Shown here piece by piece: positions 45,499-54,960 of a DNA stretch of 57,712 nt. The stretch is from IMG/VR virus record IMGVR_UViG_3300024309_000001, positions 1 through 57,712 of that record. The stretch is one strand, 5' to 3'. The DNA is from a virus (Duplodnaviria > Caudoviricetes). Every line of letters begins with the position of its first letter. The first letter of the stretch is position 1. Made by a program: the position numbers and the translations under genes. The notes under the pieces were generated by a model, which did no database searches, had not been told where the DNA came from, and saw only the letters and a program-made list of their open reading frames with translations.

Positions 45499-45867
45499 GT
45501 CCAAGAAAGCCTGTGGCCACAGGCGTTAAGCCTGGTGTATTTGTATACCGCCCCTGCTCGGCGGTTGCGGGTCGCGTACCTAGGATGCTCCCCGCCCCCC
45601 AGTGCCAAGCCAAGGATTGCTTAGCTCGCTGGGAGCGGCTTGCGTCACCTAAGGCTTTCGTCGCAGCCGCCGTCTGTCGCGTTTCGCCGGTCACTTGGTC
45701 GGAATGCGAACAGTGCGACTGTCGTTTTGCCTTGGCGACGCGCACCTGTTAGCGGCTCGTGAGGCCGCAACCGAGGTTCACGGCCTCGGCTGGAAAAGCA
45801 TAGCACTACTCCCCCTCCCCTGAATCCCCGGTTTTGAAAGCTTTCATGGGGATGAAAGGAGGAAGTC

Positions 45868-46095
45868 ATGGGTGTCTTTGAATACTCGATCTTGTGGATC
45901 AACCTGCTGGCGATCGCGGCGACGTGCGACAGCATTTGGGTCAGTCACATCCGGCCGATTCTGGCGCGGAAATATGGCTGGCCGGATCTGGATCCCGACG
46001 AGCTGATCCCGGCACAAGCCTGGATCGGCGCGCTGGCCGTCATTGCGATCCTGTTCATCGCGGTGCCGGTCATCGGCAACGCGGCGGGGTTCTGA
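45868..46095 (+). CDS. Small two-TM membrane protein
   Basis: AAGGAGG RBS; two hydrophobic segments. Confidence 0.7.
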   Translation: MGVFEYSILWINLLAIAATCDSIWVSHIRPILARKYGWPDLDPDELIPAQAWIGALAVIAILFIAVPVIGNAAGF

Positions 46096-46096
46096 T

Positions 46097-46429
46097 ATGG
46101 CCACGATCAAAGCAACAGTGGGCGCCTGGCTGAGCAGCGATTACGCCCAACAACGGTTCGTTGAGGGCCGACAGAGCGGAGACCCCGCCCGCACGCTGGC
46201 CGCAATTGCCCTCAACCACCAAGACATGACCGACTGTGGCTGGACGCGCATTGGGGAAGCGACTGTCACGCTCGAAGTCGCGGAAGACAGCCAGATCCGT
46301 CAGAACATGGTCAGCGCCCTGCAGGAGCAGAAGAGGTCCGTACTGGCGAAAGCCCAACGCGAGGCCATGCAAATCGAAGAACGGATCCAGAACCTGCTGG
46401 CGATCAGCTTCGACGGGAGCGTGTCATGA
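46097..46429 (+). CDS. Hypothetical protein
   Basis: GWTRIGEATVT plus coiled coil ending IQNLLAI. Confidence 0.7.
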   Translation: MATIKATVGAWLSSDYAQQRFVEGRQSGDPARTLAAIALNHQDMTDCGWTRIGEATVTLEVAEDSQIRQNMVSALQEQKRSVLAKAQREAMQIEERIQNLLAISFDGSVS

Positions 46430-46614
46430 GTTCCTGGCCCTATATCGGCGGCCCCTGCGTGGAGCCGCCAGACGACGAGCTCGACGACATCCAAAAACGT
46501 CAGCACGAGGAAGATGCGGCCGAGGATGCGTACTTTGAAACGCGGGCGTGCCGGGATGAACTCGCCGATGCCGCCGAGGACATCTGGCTGCGGTCAAGGG
46601 GGCTCGAGGCATGA
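46426..46614 (+). CDS. Small acidic protein
   Basis: ATGA overlaps on both sides. Confidence 0.6.
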   Translation: MSSWPYIGGPCVEPPDDELDDIQKRQHEEDAAEDAYFETRACRDELADAAEDIWLRSRGLEA

Positions 46615-47417
46615 GCGACATCGTCAAAGTCCGCGCCTCCAGCTGGGCCAGCCTGTTCGACTGCGCCCACCGCTGGGAGGGCGAACATCTGCTAGGCATC
46701 CGCAAGCCGGCCGGCATGCGGGCGCTGCTGGGCACGGCAGTCCACGCCGGGACTGCGGCGTACGACCGCGGCCGCATGTACGGCTCCGGTGTCACGGCCG
46801 ACGAGGCGGCCGGCGTGGTCGTGGATACGCTGCATGACCCGCAATTCGAGGTGGACCGCAGCCAAGACGACCTGAGCTTGCGCGAGACCGAGCGCATCGC
46901 GCTGACCGCCCACAGCCTGTACTGCGCCGAGGTCAGCCCACAGTTCCAGTTCGTCGGGGTGGAGAACACGCTGGACCCGCTGGACATCGATTGCGGCAAT
47001 GGCGTGACGATCCGGCTGACCGGCACGATGGACCGGGCGCGGGCCGCGCAGACCGAGGCCGGGCCGGTCATCGCCGACGTGAAGACCGGCACTCGCGTGA
47101 TCGAGCAAGGCCGCGCAAGCACGCGTGGCCGCGCCGCCCAGACCGGCACCTACCAGCTTATGTACGAGCACACCGAGCGCGTCAGCACCGCCGGCAGCCA
47201 GATCCTTGCGCTGTCCACCACCAGCACGCCGGCCGCGGCCGTCAGCCCGGTATTCGACGCCCGCCGCGTGATGGTGGGCGCCGAAGGCCAGCCCGGTCTG
47301 ATCGAACACGCGGCCGCGATGTTCAAGTCCGGCCTGTTCCCCCCGAATCCATCCAGCCCGCTGTGCAGCCCGAAGTACTGCCCGCGCTGGGAAACCTGCC
47401 TGTTCCGCGAACGCTGA
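46611..47417 (+). CDS. Cas4/RecB-like PD-(D/E)xK exonuclease
   Basis: DC..GTAVH..GTMD..ADVKTG..Q..Y..CSPKYC..C. Confidence 0.8.
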   Translation: MSDIVKVRASSWASLFDCAHRWEGEHLLGIRKPAGMRALLGTAVHAGTAAYDRGRMYGSGVTADEAAGVVVDTLHDPQFEVDRSQDDLSLRETERIALTAHSLYCAEVSPQFQFVGVENTLDPLDIDCGNGVTIRLTGTMDRARAAQTEAGPVIADVKTGTRVIEQGRASTRGRAAQTGTYQLMYEHTERVSTAGSQILALSTTSTPAAAVSPVFDARRVMVGAEGQPGLIEHAAAMFKSGLFPPNPSSPLCSPKYCPRWETCLFRER

Positions 47418-47446
47418 ACCACAGAAAAATACTGAGGAGAATCACC

Positions 47447-48658
47447 ATGGCAACCAACCTCGCCAGCCTGCGGCAAGACGCCGACGCCGAAAAGCCGGCG
47501 GCCAGGACGATCATGCAGTACCTGAAAGACGATTCCCGCGTCAATAAAGGCATCGCTGCGGTCGCCGGAAAATATTTCACGGCGGAACGCTTCCTGCACC
47601 TGGCCGTGAATGCTGTGCGGAAAGCCCCGTTGCTGGCGCAGTGCGATCCGCAATCGGTGCTGGGCGCCTTCATGTCATCCGCTGCCCTGGGCCTGGAGCC
47701 GAACACCGTGCAGCAGCAGGCGTTCTTGATCCCCTACAAAAAGCGGGCCAGGGTCTACAACAACGACACCGACAAATGGGAATGGATCGACGCCTACGAC
47801 TGCCAATTTCAGATTGGCTATCGGGGTTTCATCACCCTCGCACACCGCAGCCCGCACATCAAGAGCATCCAGGCCGAAGCGATCCATGAGAGCGATAAGT
47901 TCGAGCACATGATCGGGTCAGATTCCTTCCTGAAATACCAGAAGACTCTGCGTGATCGCGGCGAACTGATCGGCGCGTTTTCCTACGTCAAACTTGAAAG
48001 CAACACGGAAACGTCCGTGGTGCTGACGCTGGATGACATCCTGAACATCCGCTCCAAGTCCGAAACCTACAACACGCTCGTCCGCAACGTCGAGCAGGCG
48101 GAGAACGATCAAGAGCGCGCCAAAGCACAGCGCAAACTGGACGAAACCCCGTGGGTGCGGTGGCCCGATGAAATGTCCTCGAAGTCGGCGATCAAGCGCC
48201 ATTCCAAGCAACTGCCCCTGAACCCCGGGGATGCACTGTCGGCAGCTGCGGTCATCGACAACCAGGCCGAGGCCAACGTGATCGACATGGCCGCCATGGC
48301 CGATCCGGATGTCGCTCGCGGCGTCGTGCAAGACGGCTACGAACCGCCCGTCTTGGAAGACGACCCCAGCCCCACGATCCCGGCCATGGACATTCCGCAG
48401 CGGGAAGCCGAGCCGCTGGTGGTCAATACCGGCCGCCAGGCCCGGAAGGAGGCCGCCCAGCAGGACGTAGCCTTGGACCCGTCCATCGTCCTGACGGCGA
48501 TCCGGACAGCCAAGGACCAGGGCGCGCTGGAAAGCGCCGGTATGGGCATTCAGGACTGCCCGCCGGTATCGCAAGCCATGCTGGGCGAGGCCTACCGCAA
48601 GCGCATGAACGAACTCGCCGACAGCGCCGCCGCCGGCAACTCTCTGAGCCTGGAGTAA
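47447..48658 (+). CDS. recT: RecT-family recombinase
   Basis: CDPQSVLGA..LGLEPN..FQIGYRG..PWVRWPDEMSSKSAIKR. Confidence 0.9.
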   Translation: MATNLASLRQDADAEKPAARTIMQYLKDDSRVNKGIAAVAGKYFTAERFLHLAVNAVRKAPLLAQCDPQSVLGAFMSSAALGLEPNTVQQQAFLIPYKKRARVYNNDTDKWEWIDAYDCQFQIGYRGFITLAHRSPHIKSIQAEAIHESDKFEHMIGSDSFLKYQKTLRDRGELIGAFSYVKLESNTETSVVLTLDDILNIRSKSETYNTLVRNVEQAENDQERAKAQRKLDETPWVRWPDEMSSKSAIKRHSKQLPLNPGDALSAAAVIDNQAEANVIDMAAMADPDVARGVVQDGYEPPVLEDDPSPTIPAMDIPQREAEPLVVNTGRQARKEAAQQDVALDPSIVLTAIRTAKDQGALESAGMGIQDCPPVSQAMLGEAYRKRMNELADSAAAGNSLSLE

Positions 48659-48660
48659 CC

Positions 48661-50415
48661 ATGAAGATCCAAAGCATCGACATCCAGAACGTCCTGGGCG
48701 CGCGCCGCGTGCAACTCGATCTGCCGTACGCCGTCACGCTGTTCGCAGGCAAGAACGGCGCCGGCAAGTCGAGCACGGCCGAGGCCGTGCGCATGGCGCT
48801 TGGCGACGATCCGGTCCGGGTAGCGCTGAAAAAGGACTACAGCGCCCTGGTCGCCGACGGCCATAAAAAGGGCCGCGTCATCGTGACCACCGACGCTACG
48901 GAATACGCCATCACGCTGCCGGACGGCAAACGCAACTGGAGTGGCGAACAGGATCTCGCCATGCCGTTCCTGCTGGATCCCGGCCGGTTCGCGGCGCTGT
49001 CGGCCGATGACCGCCGGAACTTCCTGTTCGCGCTGATGGGATGCGAGGTCTCGACCTCAAAGGTGCGCACCCTGATGCTCAAGCGTGGCTGCGACGAGGG
49101 CCTGACCGAAAAGGTTCTGCCCATCATCAAGTCGGGGTTCCCTGAGGCGTGCGATTTCGCCAAGGGATTGGCGCGCGACGAGAAGGCCGCGTGGAAGGCT
49201 GTCACCGGCGAGACCTACGGCGAGAAGAAGGCCGAGGATTGGCGCGCGAACGTGCCTGAATTCGACGCCCGCCGCCTGGAGGCAGTGGGCATTGAACTGA
49301 CCGCCGTCCAGCAGCAGATCGAGGCGGCCGCCCAGCACTGTGGCTCCCTGCGCGAAAAAGCCCAGACGCACGCGAACTGGAGCGCAGCGGCAGCGGCGCG
49401 CCAGAACGACGCGGGCCGCCTGCCCAGCCTGCGCACGAAGCTGGAATTTGACAGCAGCGAACTGGCAAAGTGGGAAGCCGAGGTCCAGCGCTTGCAGGGC
49501 GCGGCTGGCACAGGCCCGCGCGTAGGACTGGTGCATGACCTGGCACAGGCTCTGCACGCAGTATTGGCAACCGTTGCAGATGGCGATCCCTACTACGGCG
49601 ATCAACGCGCCGTGCTGGCCGCGTACGAAGCGCAATACGGCGCCCTGGACGCCCAGGCCGACCCGGACGCGGCCGCGCAGTTGCCCAAAGCCATTGAGGC
49701 CCGCGACCTGATGGCGCGTGCCGTCGAGAACACGCGGCGCGACATCGCCCGGATCGAAGCGATCGGCCAAGCCGAGCAGGAACCCGAGCACGTTTCCGAC
49801 GAAGCGATCAGCCGGGCCGAACAGGAACTGTCGCGCCTGCGCGCCAGCCGCCAGGACCTGGACGCCGAGCGCCAGCGCCTGGGTACCGCGTCGCACGCGT
49901 CGAAGGTCGCAGCCCAAACGACGGAGAAGGCTGCGACACACCACCGGAGCGTGCTGGCATGGCTGCAGATCGCCGACGCCCTGGCGCCCGATGGCATCCC
50001 CAGCGAGTTGCTGGCGCGCGCCCTGACGCCCATCAATGACCGCCTGCGCCAGACGGCCACGAAAACCGGCTGGATGCAGGTCGCCATCGGGGCAGACATC
50101 AACATCACCGCAGCCGGGCGCCCTTACCCCCTGCTGTCGGCGTCGGAGCAGTGGCGCACGGACGCGATGCTGGCCGAGGCAATCTCGCACCTGTCCGGCT
50201 CGCGTTTCCTGATGCTGGATGCAATGGAGATCCTGGAAGTGCCTGCCCGCGGGACCCTGCTGATGTGGCTCGATGGTCTGGCCAGGGTTGGCGAACTGGA
50301 CACCGCCCTGGTGTTCGCCACCCTCAAGTCTGCACCTGTCGGACTGCCCGAATCCATCGCCGCCCACTGGATCGAAAACGGCATCGTCGAAACCCTGGAG
50401 ACGGCAGCCGCCTGA
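48661..50415 (+). CDS. SbcC/SMC-like ABC ATPase
   Basis: GKNGAGKSS, coiled coil, LSASE signature, FLMLD. Confidence 0.8.
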   Translation: MKIQSIDIQNVLGARRVQLDLPYAVTLFAGKNGAGKSSTAEAVRMALGDDPVRVALKKDYSALVADGHKKGRVIVTTDATEYAITLPDGKRNWSGEQDLAMPFLLDPGRFAALSADDRRNFLFALMGCEVSTSKVRTLMLKRGCDEGLTEKVLPIIKSGFPEACDFAKGLARDEKAAWKAVTGETYGEKKAEDWRANVPEFDARRLEAVGIELTAVQQQIEAAAQHCGSLREKAQTHANWSAAAAARQNDAGRLPSLRTKLEFDSSELAKWEAEVQRLQGAAGTGPRVGLVHDLAQALHAVLATVADGDPYYGDQRAVLAAYEAQYGALDAQADPDAAAQLPKAIEARDLMARAVENTRRDIARIEAIGQAEQEPEHVSDEAISRAEQELSRLRASRQDLDAERQRLGTASHASKVAAQTTEKAATHHRSVLAWLQIADALAPDGIPSELLARALTPINDRLRQTATKTGWMQVAIGADINITAAGRPYPLLSASEQWRTDAMLAEAISHLSGSRFLMLDAMEILEVPARGTLLMWLDGLARVGELDTALVFATLKSAPVGLPESIAAHWIENGIVETLETAAA

Positions 50416-50431
50416 TCCATCAAACCGGAAA

Positions 50432-50776
50432 ATGAACATGGAATACAGCCAATACAGCCGCGTGGACATCACCCTCAACGGCCAAGCAGAGATCGACACC
50501 TTCAAGACCCTTGTGTCCCTGGCGGTGCGCCAGCTCCAGCGCAGCCCGGTGAGGACCACGCACGGCACGCCGCTCAAGTCCCAGGCCGGCATCAAGGGCG
50601 TGGATCTGATCAACCTGAAGAAGATGCTGGAACGCCTCGCCGCGCAGTTCGGCTGGGATGCGCCTCGGCTCGAGCCGGCGCCGGACATCGAAGAAATGCC
50701 GCAGGAGGTGGCCGAGTTGATGAAGATCCTGCGCGGTGCCGGGCTGGACATTTCGGTCACCAAGCTCTCGCTGTAA
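50432..50776 (+). CDS. Hypothetical protein
   Basis: Operon position and phage-like codon usage. Confidence 0.6.
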   Translation: MNMEYSQYSRVDITLNGQAEIDTFKTLVSLAVRQLQRSPVRTTHGTPLKSQAGIKGVDLINLKKMLERLAAQFGWDAPRLEPAPDIEEMPQEVAELMKILRGAGLDISVTKLSL

Positions 50777-50878
50777 CGATCAACGGGCACGAAGGGCCGG
50801 CGGCGGCTCCCCCCCCCTTCTTCCTCACACCGTCGCCGTGCCTGCCCACCTTTTCCACACCAACCACAAGAGGTTGTC

Positions 50879-51280
50879 ATGGCAGTGAAACGCATTACCG
50901 AAACGCTGGAGCGCCTACGCGGCGGCCAGATGCTGGACGAAGCCAGCGAGCTGCTGGCCAAGGTCGTCCAGGGTGTCGATACCACCGGCAAAGCGGGCGA
51001 AATCACCATCAAGTTGCAGGTGAAAAAGCTCAGCCGCTCCGGCGCCCTTGAGGTCATCGACAAGGTGACCGGGAAGGTGCCCGAGGAAACCCCGATCACC
51101 ACGATGATGTACCCGACCCCAGAAGGGAACCTCATCACCGAAGACCCCCGCCAGCAGAAACTGGACCTGGAGGTTCCGAAAATCGCCGGCGCCAACGATG
51201 TCACGTTGAAGAGCGTGAAGCTCTCGGACGGTGCCGACTCCCTGCTGATCAAAAACAAAGGAGTAGCACAACATGCTTGA
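50879..51280 (+). CDS. YfdP-like protein
   Basis: TGKAGEITIKL..TPEGNLITEDPRQQKL; upstream of DUF2303. Confidence 0.65.
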   Translation: MAVKRITETLERLRGGQMLDEASELLAKVVQGVDTTGKAGEITIKLQVKKLSRSGALEVIDKVTGKVPEETPITTMMYPTPEGNLITEDPRQQKLDLEVPKIAGANDVTLKSVKLSDGADSLLIKNKGVAQHA

Positions 51281-52145
51281 GCAACAAGAAAACTACGCGC
51301 AGACGATCGCCAAGGAAGCGCGTCGACCCGTGCAGATGGGAAGCCTGGGAGGCCGTGGCGCGGTGATAGCGCTGCCCGAGGGCTGGGCCCTGAAAACCGA
51401 CTCCAGCCTGGAAGCCCTGGCCGATCATCCGTACCGCAAAAAGGGCACGGTTCGCTTCAAGGTACAGGAATCCTTCGTTGAATACGTCAACAAGCACAAG
51501 CTGCCCGAAAGCGTGATCTACGCGACCGTCAATAAGGGCGAACGAGATGCACCGCTGAAGGTTACTGCCGTGTTCAACGATCACGATGAAGAACGACGTC
51601 CACCGGCAGATAGCCCGGTCAACGCCGGTTGGCAGGACTTCCGCGCCATCCTCGCGCCCGAGGCATCTCACGAGTGGCGCACCTGGACAGCCAGCTCCGG
51701 CAAGGCGATGAGCCAGTTCGAGTTCGCCCAGTTCATCGACGACAACATCAAGGACATTAGCAGCAGTCAGGAGGGTTACCCGACCGGCACCGAGATGCTG
51801 CAGATGGCTCTTGCCTTCGAATTGTCGCAGGACAAGCGCATCAAGTCGGCAATCCGCATCCAGAGCGGCGGCACCAACATCGAGTACGTCGAAGACGATG
51901 ATGCCGCCACCGTCGCGCGCATGCAGGCCTTCGATAAGTTCATGCTGGGCATTCCCGTCTTCTGGCGCGGCCAGGCCTACGCGGTGGAAGCCAAGTTGCG
52001 CTACCGCGTGCGCGAGGGTGCCCTCACCCTCTGGTACGACCTGGTGCGCACCGATGTGGTGGTCGACGACGCCGTGGAGCAGATCCTGCAGGCGGTTGGC
52101 ACGGGCACAGAATCCTCGATTCTGTACGGCGAAATCGTCAAGTGA
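51273..52145 (+). CDS. DUF2303/YfdQ-like protein
   Basis: SFVEYVNKH..AVFNDH..MSQFEFAQFIDDN..LRYRV. Confidence 0.75.
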   Translation: MLEQQENYAQTIAKEARRPVQMGSLGGRGAVIALPEGWALKTDSSLEALADHPYRKKGTVRFKVQESFVEYVNKHKLPESVIYATVNKGERDAPLKVTAVFNDHDEERRPPADSPVNAGWQDFRAILAPEASHEWRTWTASSGKAMSQFEFAQFIDDNIKDISSSQEGYPTGTEMLQMALAFELSQDKRIKSAIRIQSGGTNIEYVEDDDAATVARMQAFDKFMLGIPVFWRGQAYAVEAKLRYRVREGALTLWYDLVRTDVVVDDAVEQILQAVGTGTESSILYGEIVK

Positions 52146-52152
52146 GGCTGGG

Positions 52153-52776
52153 ATGAACACCGCTCTCTTCTACGACACCGAGACCACCGGCCTCCCCCTC
52201 TTTTCCGAGCCGTCCGAGGATCCGCGCCAGCCGCACATCGTCCAGCTCGCAGCCGTGCTGGTGGACCTGGACACGCGCGAGATCGTCAGCAGCATGGATG
52301 TGATCGTGCGCCCTGACGGCTGGGAAATCCCGCAGGAAGTCGCTGCGATTCACGGTATCACGACAGAAACCGCATTGGAGTTTGGGATCGCGGAAGGCCA
52401 GGCAGTGGCACTGTTCACGTCCTTATGGAATGAACGCACTCGAATTGGTCACAACGAGGCGTTCGACGCTCGCGTCATCCGCATCGCCCAGATGCGTACC
52501 CGGTGCTATGGGATTTCGGAGCTGGCAGCTTGGAAGGGAGGCTCGGCCGAATGCACAGCCAAGCTCTCCACACCCATCGTGAAGTGCCCCCCCACGGCCA
52601 AGATGAAGGCCGCCGGGCGCTTCCACTACAAGACGCCGACCCTGGCCGAAGCCCACCAGCATTTCCTGGGCTGTCCGCTGGAGAACGCCCACAGCGCCAT
52701 GGCCGATGTGCTGGGCTGCATGCGGGTCTACTTCGCCATCCAGGACCAGAAGGTCCCGGAGGCAGCCACCGCCTGA
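52153..52776 (+). CDS. DEDDh 3'-5' exonuclease
   Basis: YDTETTG, IHGIT, GHNEAFD, AHSAMADV. Confidence 0.85.
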   Translation: MNTALFYDTETTGLPLFSEPSEDPRQPHIVQLAAVLVDLDTREIVSSMDVIVRPDGWEIPQEVAAIHGITTETALEFGIAEGQAVALFTSLWNERTRIGHNEAFDARVIRIAQMRTRCYGISELAAWKGGSAECTAKLSTPIVKCPPTAKMKAAGRFHYKTPTLAEAHQHFLGCPLENAHSAMADVLGCMRVYFAIQDQKVPEAATA

Positions 52777-53101
52777 AAGAACGCACCCCGGAAGGGCCGC
52801 GCCGCAGAGCATCGCGGCAATCCATGCGCCGGTCGAGGACTGGGCGGCGCGCGGTAGGCCCGCACTGAGAGGATCCGCGCCGAGTCTCCGGCGCCGGTCT
52901 TGACGGTCGGCCGATCCGACCGCACCCGCTGCAAAAGTGGCCCGCCGCAGGGCCATGACGCAGCCTCCGGGACGAGGGTAACCCGGAACCTACGCCGATG
53001 GGCACTCGGCCGCCGCCTGCGTATGGCCGCCAGCCTGAGCGCGCACAGGTCCATGGGGGGACATGGTGATAGCCCCATCCGAACAATTCATGGGGATGAA
53101 G

Positions 53102-53371
53102 ATGGACAGCAAAATTGAAATCGCGGATCTGGTGAAGCCGAAATTCGAGCCGAGGGACATGGTGTACCAGGTGGTGCGTGACAACAACCGGCGGGTCAAC
53201 AGCGTGCGGCGCGTCATGATCGAACAAGTCAGGTTCACCGTGACATTTGGCAGCGTGAACGGCCGTGAGAAGACGCGCAGGACGGAGCTGGTGTACGACC
53301 TGCTGAACAACGGACAGGCGCACGAAGAAAGCCTGTTCGCCACGCTGGGCGAAATCAAGGAGCTGGCATGA
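53102..53371 (+). CDS. Hypothetical protein
   Basis: GGGGA RBS, ATGA-coupled to the next gene. Confidence 0.6.
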   Translation: MDSKIEIADLVKPKFEPRDMVYQVVRDNNRRVNSVRRVMIEQVRFTVTFGSVNGREKTRRTELVYDLLNNGQAHEESLFATLGEIKELA

Positions 53372-53811
53372 GGCGCACGAAAAAAACCCGTGCCGTGGCG
53401 CCGCCGGCTGAATTCTGGGATGGCGAGCGCGCCATCTGCACCTACTGCAACGCGCCAGCGAGCCTGGCGCAGCATGGCGACGACCTGTACCCCTACCGTC
53501 GCGACTTCGGCCCGCTGTGGGCTTGCCAATGCGGCGCGTACGTCGGCTGCCATCCTCGGACCACCATCCCGCTGGGCCGGCTGGCCGACAACGATCTGCG
53601 CGCCGCCAAGAAACTCGCCCATGCCGTGTTCGACCCGCTCTGGCAGGTTGCCATCAAAGGCAACTTCAAAGCCAGGCAGGCCCGCAGCGAAGGCTACGCC
53701 TGGCTGGCACAGGAGCTGGGCATCAGCGTGGACCAGTGCCATATCGGGTGGTTCGATCTGGCGCAGTGCCAACGCGTCATCGACATCTGCACGCACAAGG
53801 TGCCGGCATGA
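53368..53811 (+). CDS. Zinc-finger protein (DUF3268-like)
   Basis: CTYC..CQCGAYVGCH..PLGRLA..CHIGWF. Confidence 0.75.
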   Translation: MRRTKKTRAVAPPAEFWDGERAICTYCNAPASLAQHGDDLYPYRRDFGPLWACQCGAYVGCHPRTTIPLGRLADNDLRAAKKLAHAVFDPLWQVAIKGNFKARQARSEGYAWLAQELGISVDQCHIGWFDLAQCQRVIDICTHKVPA

Positions 53812-53879
53812 GCAAGCGCGCAAAAGAACGCCGACGCAAGCCCGGCCGCGACTACCCCTACCCCGGAGACGACCAGTGA
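53808..53879 (+). CDS. 23-aa basic micropeptide
   Basis: MSKRAKERRRKPGRDYPYPGDDQ; coupled at both ends; paralog at 55185. Confidence 0.55.
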   Translation: MSKRAKERRRKPGRDYPYPGDDQ

Positions 53880-54358
53880 ACCGCCAGCAACGACGCGCGG
53901 CCGAACGCATGCAGGCCCGCCAGCGCCATCAACGGCAGATCGTACGGAAGCCCCGTCCCATGCCGATGATCTTGAAGATGAACACGGTCCTGTCGCCTGT
54001 GGAGGCCATCCTGGACCAACTGGACCGCGACGGCACCGTCCACGTCGACGAGCGCGGCACCCCGATCTTTCCGGCCGGCCCACGGAATTCCTGGTTCGCC
54101 ATGGTGCCCGCTCTGCTGGGCGTGGTGGATCTGTTCAGCATGTGGGCCACGCGTCACGGTAAGGCGTTCGACCTGTCCGCCTTGGAGCGGCTGGCGCACA
54201 AGCTGGAATACGGCATGCCGGTGGCCGAGCAGGACACCGCCGCCGTGCGGGCCCTGCTGCCCTATATGCAGCGGGTGGCGTGCACGCTGTCGCACGACGA
54301 GGCCGACGATTTGATCATGCAGGCCCGGATCAAGGACGAGCTGGAGGCCCTGGCATGA
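53876..54358 (+). CDS. Hypothetical protein
   Basis: GTG start after GGAG; NRQQRRA N-terminus. Confidence 0.6.
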   Translation: MNRQQRRAAERMQARQRHQRQIVRKPRPMPMILKMNTVLSPVEAILDQLDRDGTVHVDERGTPIFPAGPRNSWFAMVPALLGVVDLFSMWATRHGKAFDLSALERLAHKLEYGMPVAEQDTAAVRALLPYMQRVACTLSHDEADDLIMQARIKDELEALA

Positions 54359-54678
54359 AGCGCGATCTGCAAACCCTCGACCTCGGCTTCCCTGATGAAC
54401 TGATCATCGACAACTTCGCCGGCGGCGGCCCCTATGCGCTGCTGTCGGGCCTGAAGCTGGTGGCGCTCGACGAGTTCGGGATCCTGGATCTGGCCAGCCG
54501 CACCGATTGCATTGCCGGGCTGGATGCCCTGGCCGAGGCCGGAAAGATCGACACGGCCCTGGTGTTCGGGACGTTCAAGAAGCTGCCGAACTTTACGTCT
54601 TTCCACCACGTGACGGGTTGGTGGGTCGAGGGCGGCCGGATCACTGAAACCACGGCTGTCGAGGCGGCAGCGGCATAG
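54355..54678 (+). CDS. Chimeric MTase-N/ATPase-C remnant ORF
   Basis: LIIDNFAGGG followed by PYALLSG..VALD..DTALVF.. Confidence 0.6.
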   Translation: MKRDLQTLDLGFPDELIIDNFAGGGPYALLSGLKLVALDEFGILDLASRTDCIAGLDALAEAGKIDTALVFGTFKKLPNFTSFHHVTGWWVEGGRITETTAVEAAAA

Positions 54679-54761
54679 ATCAATGGGCGAAAAAGGCGCG
54701 GCGGCACCGGTCTCCTCCTCCCAACTCGCTGTCGCGCCCGCCCACCTATTTGGAGCAAGAC

Positions 54762-54959
54762 ATGGACATCACCGACCAACAGCAAGACGATCGCATCCGC
54801 GCAGCCCTGCGCAATGCGGACAAACAAGGAAAACTCGACGTGGTGGCGGCGGTCACCGGATTTCCTGGCGGAGAAACCGGACTGCGTCGAATCATGAACA
54901 GCAGCGACGCCCTTCCGATCATGGATCGCGGGATGCTGGCAATCCATCTTGGAGGCTGA
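54762..54959 (+). CDS. Hypothetical protein
   Basis: GGAG RBS. Confidence 0.55.
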   Translation: MDITDQQQDDRIRAALRNADKQGKLDVVAAVTGFPGGETGLRRIMNSSDALPIMDRGMLAIHLGG

Positions 54960-54960
54960 C

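Noticed and set aside
46611-47417. cas4 as part of a CRISPR system
   Set aside because: No cas1/cas2 or array; it sits beside recT as a phage recombination exonuclease
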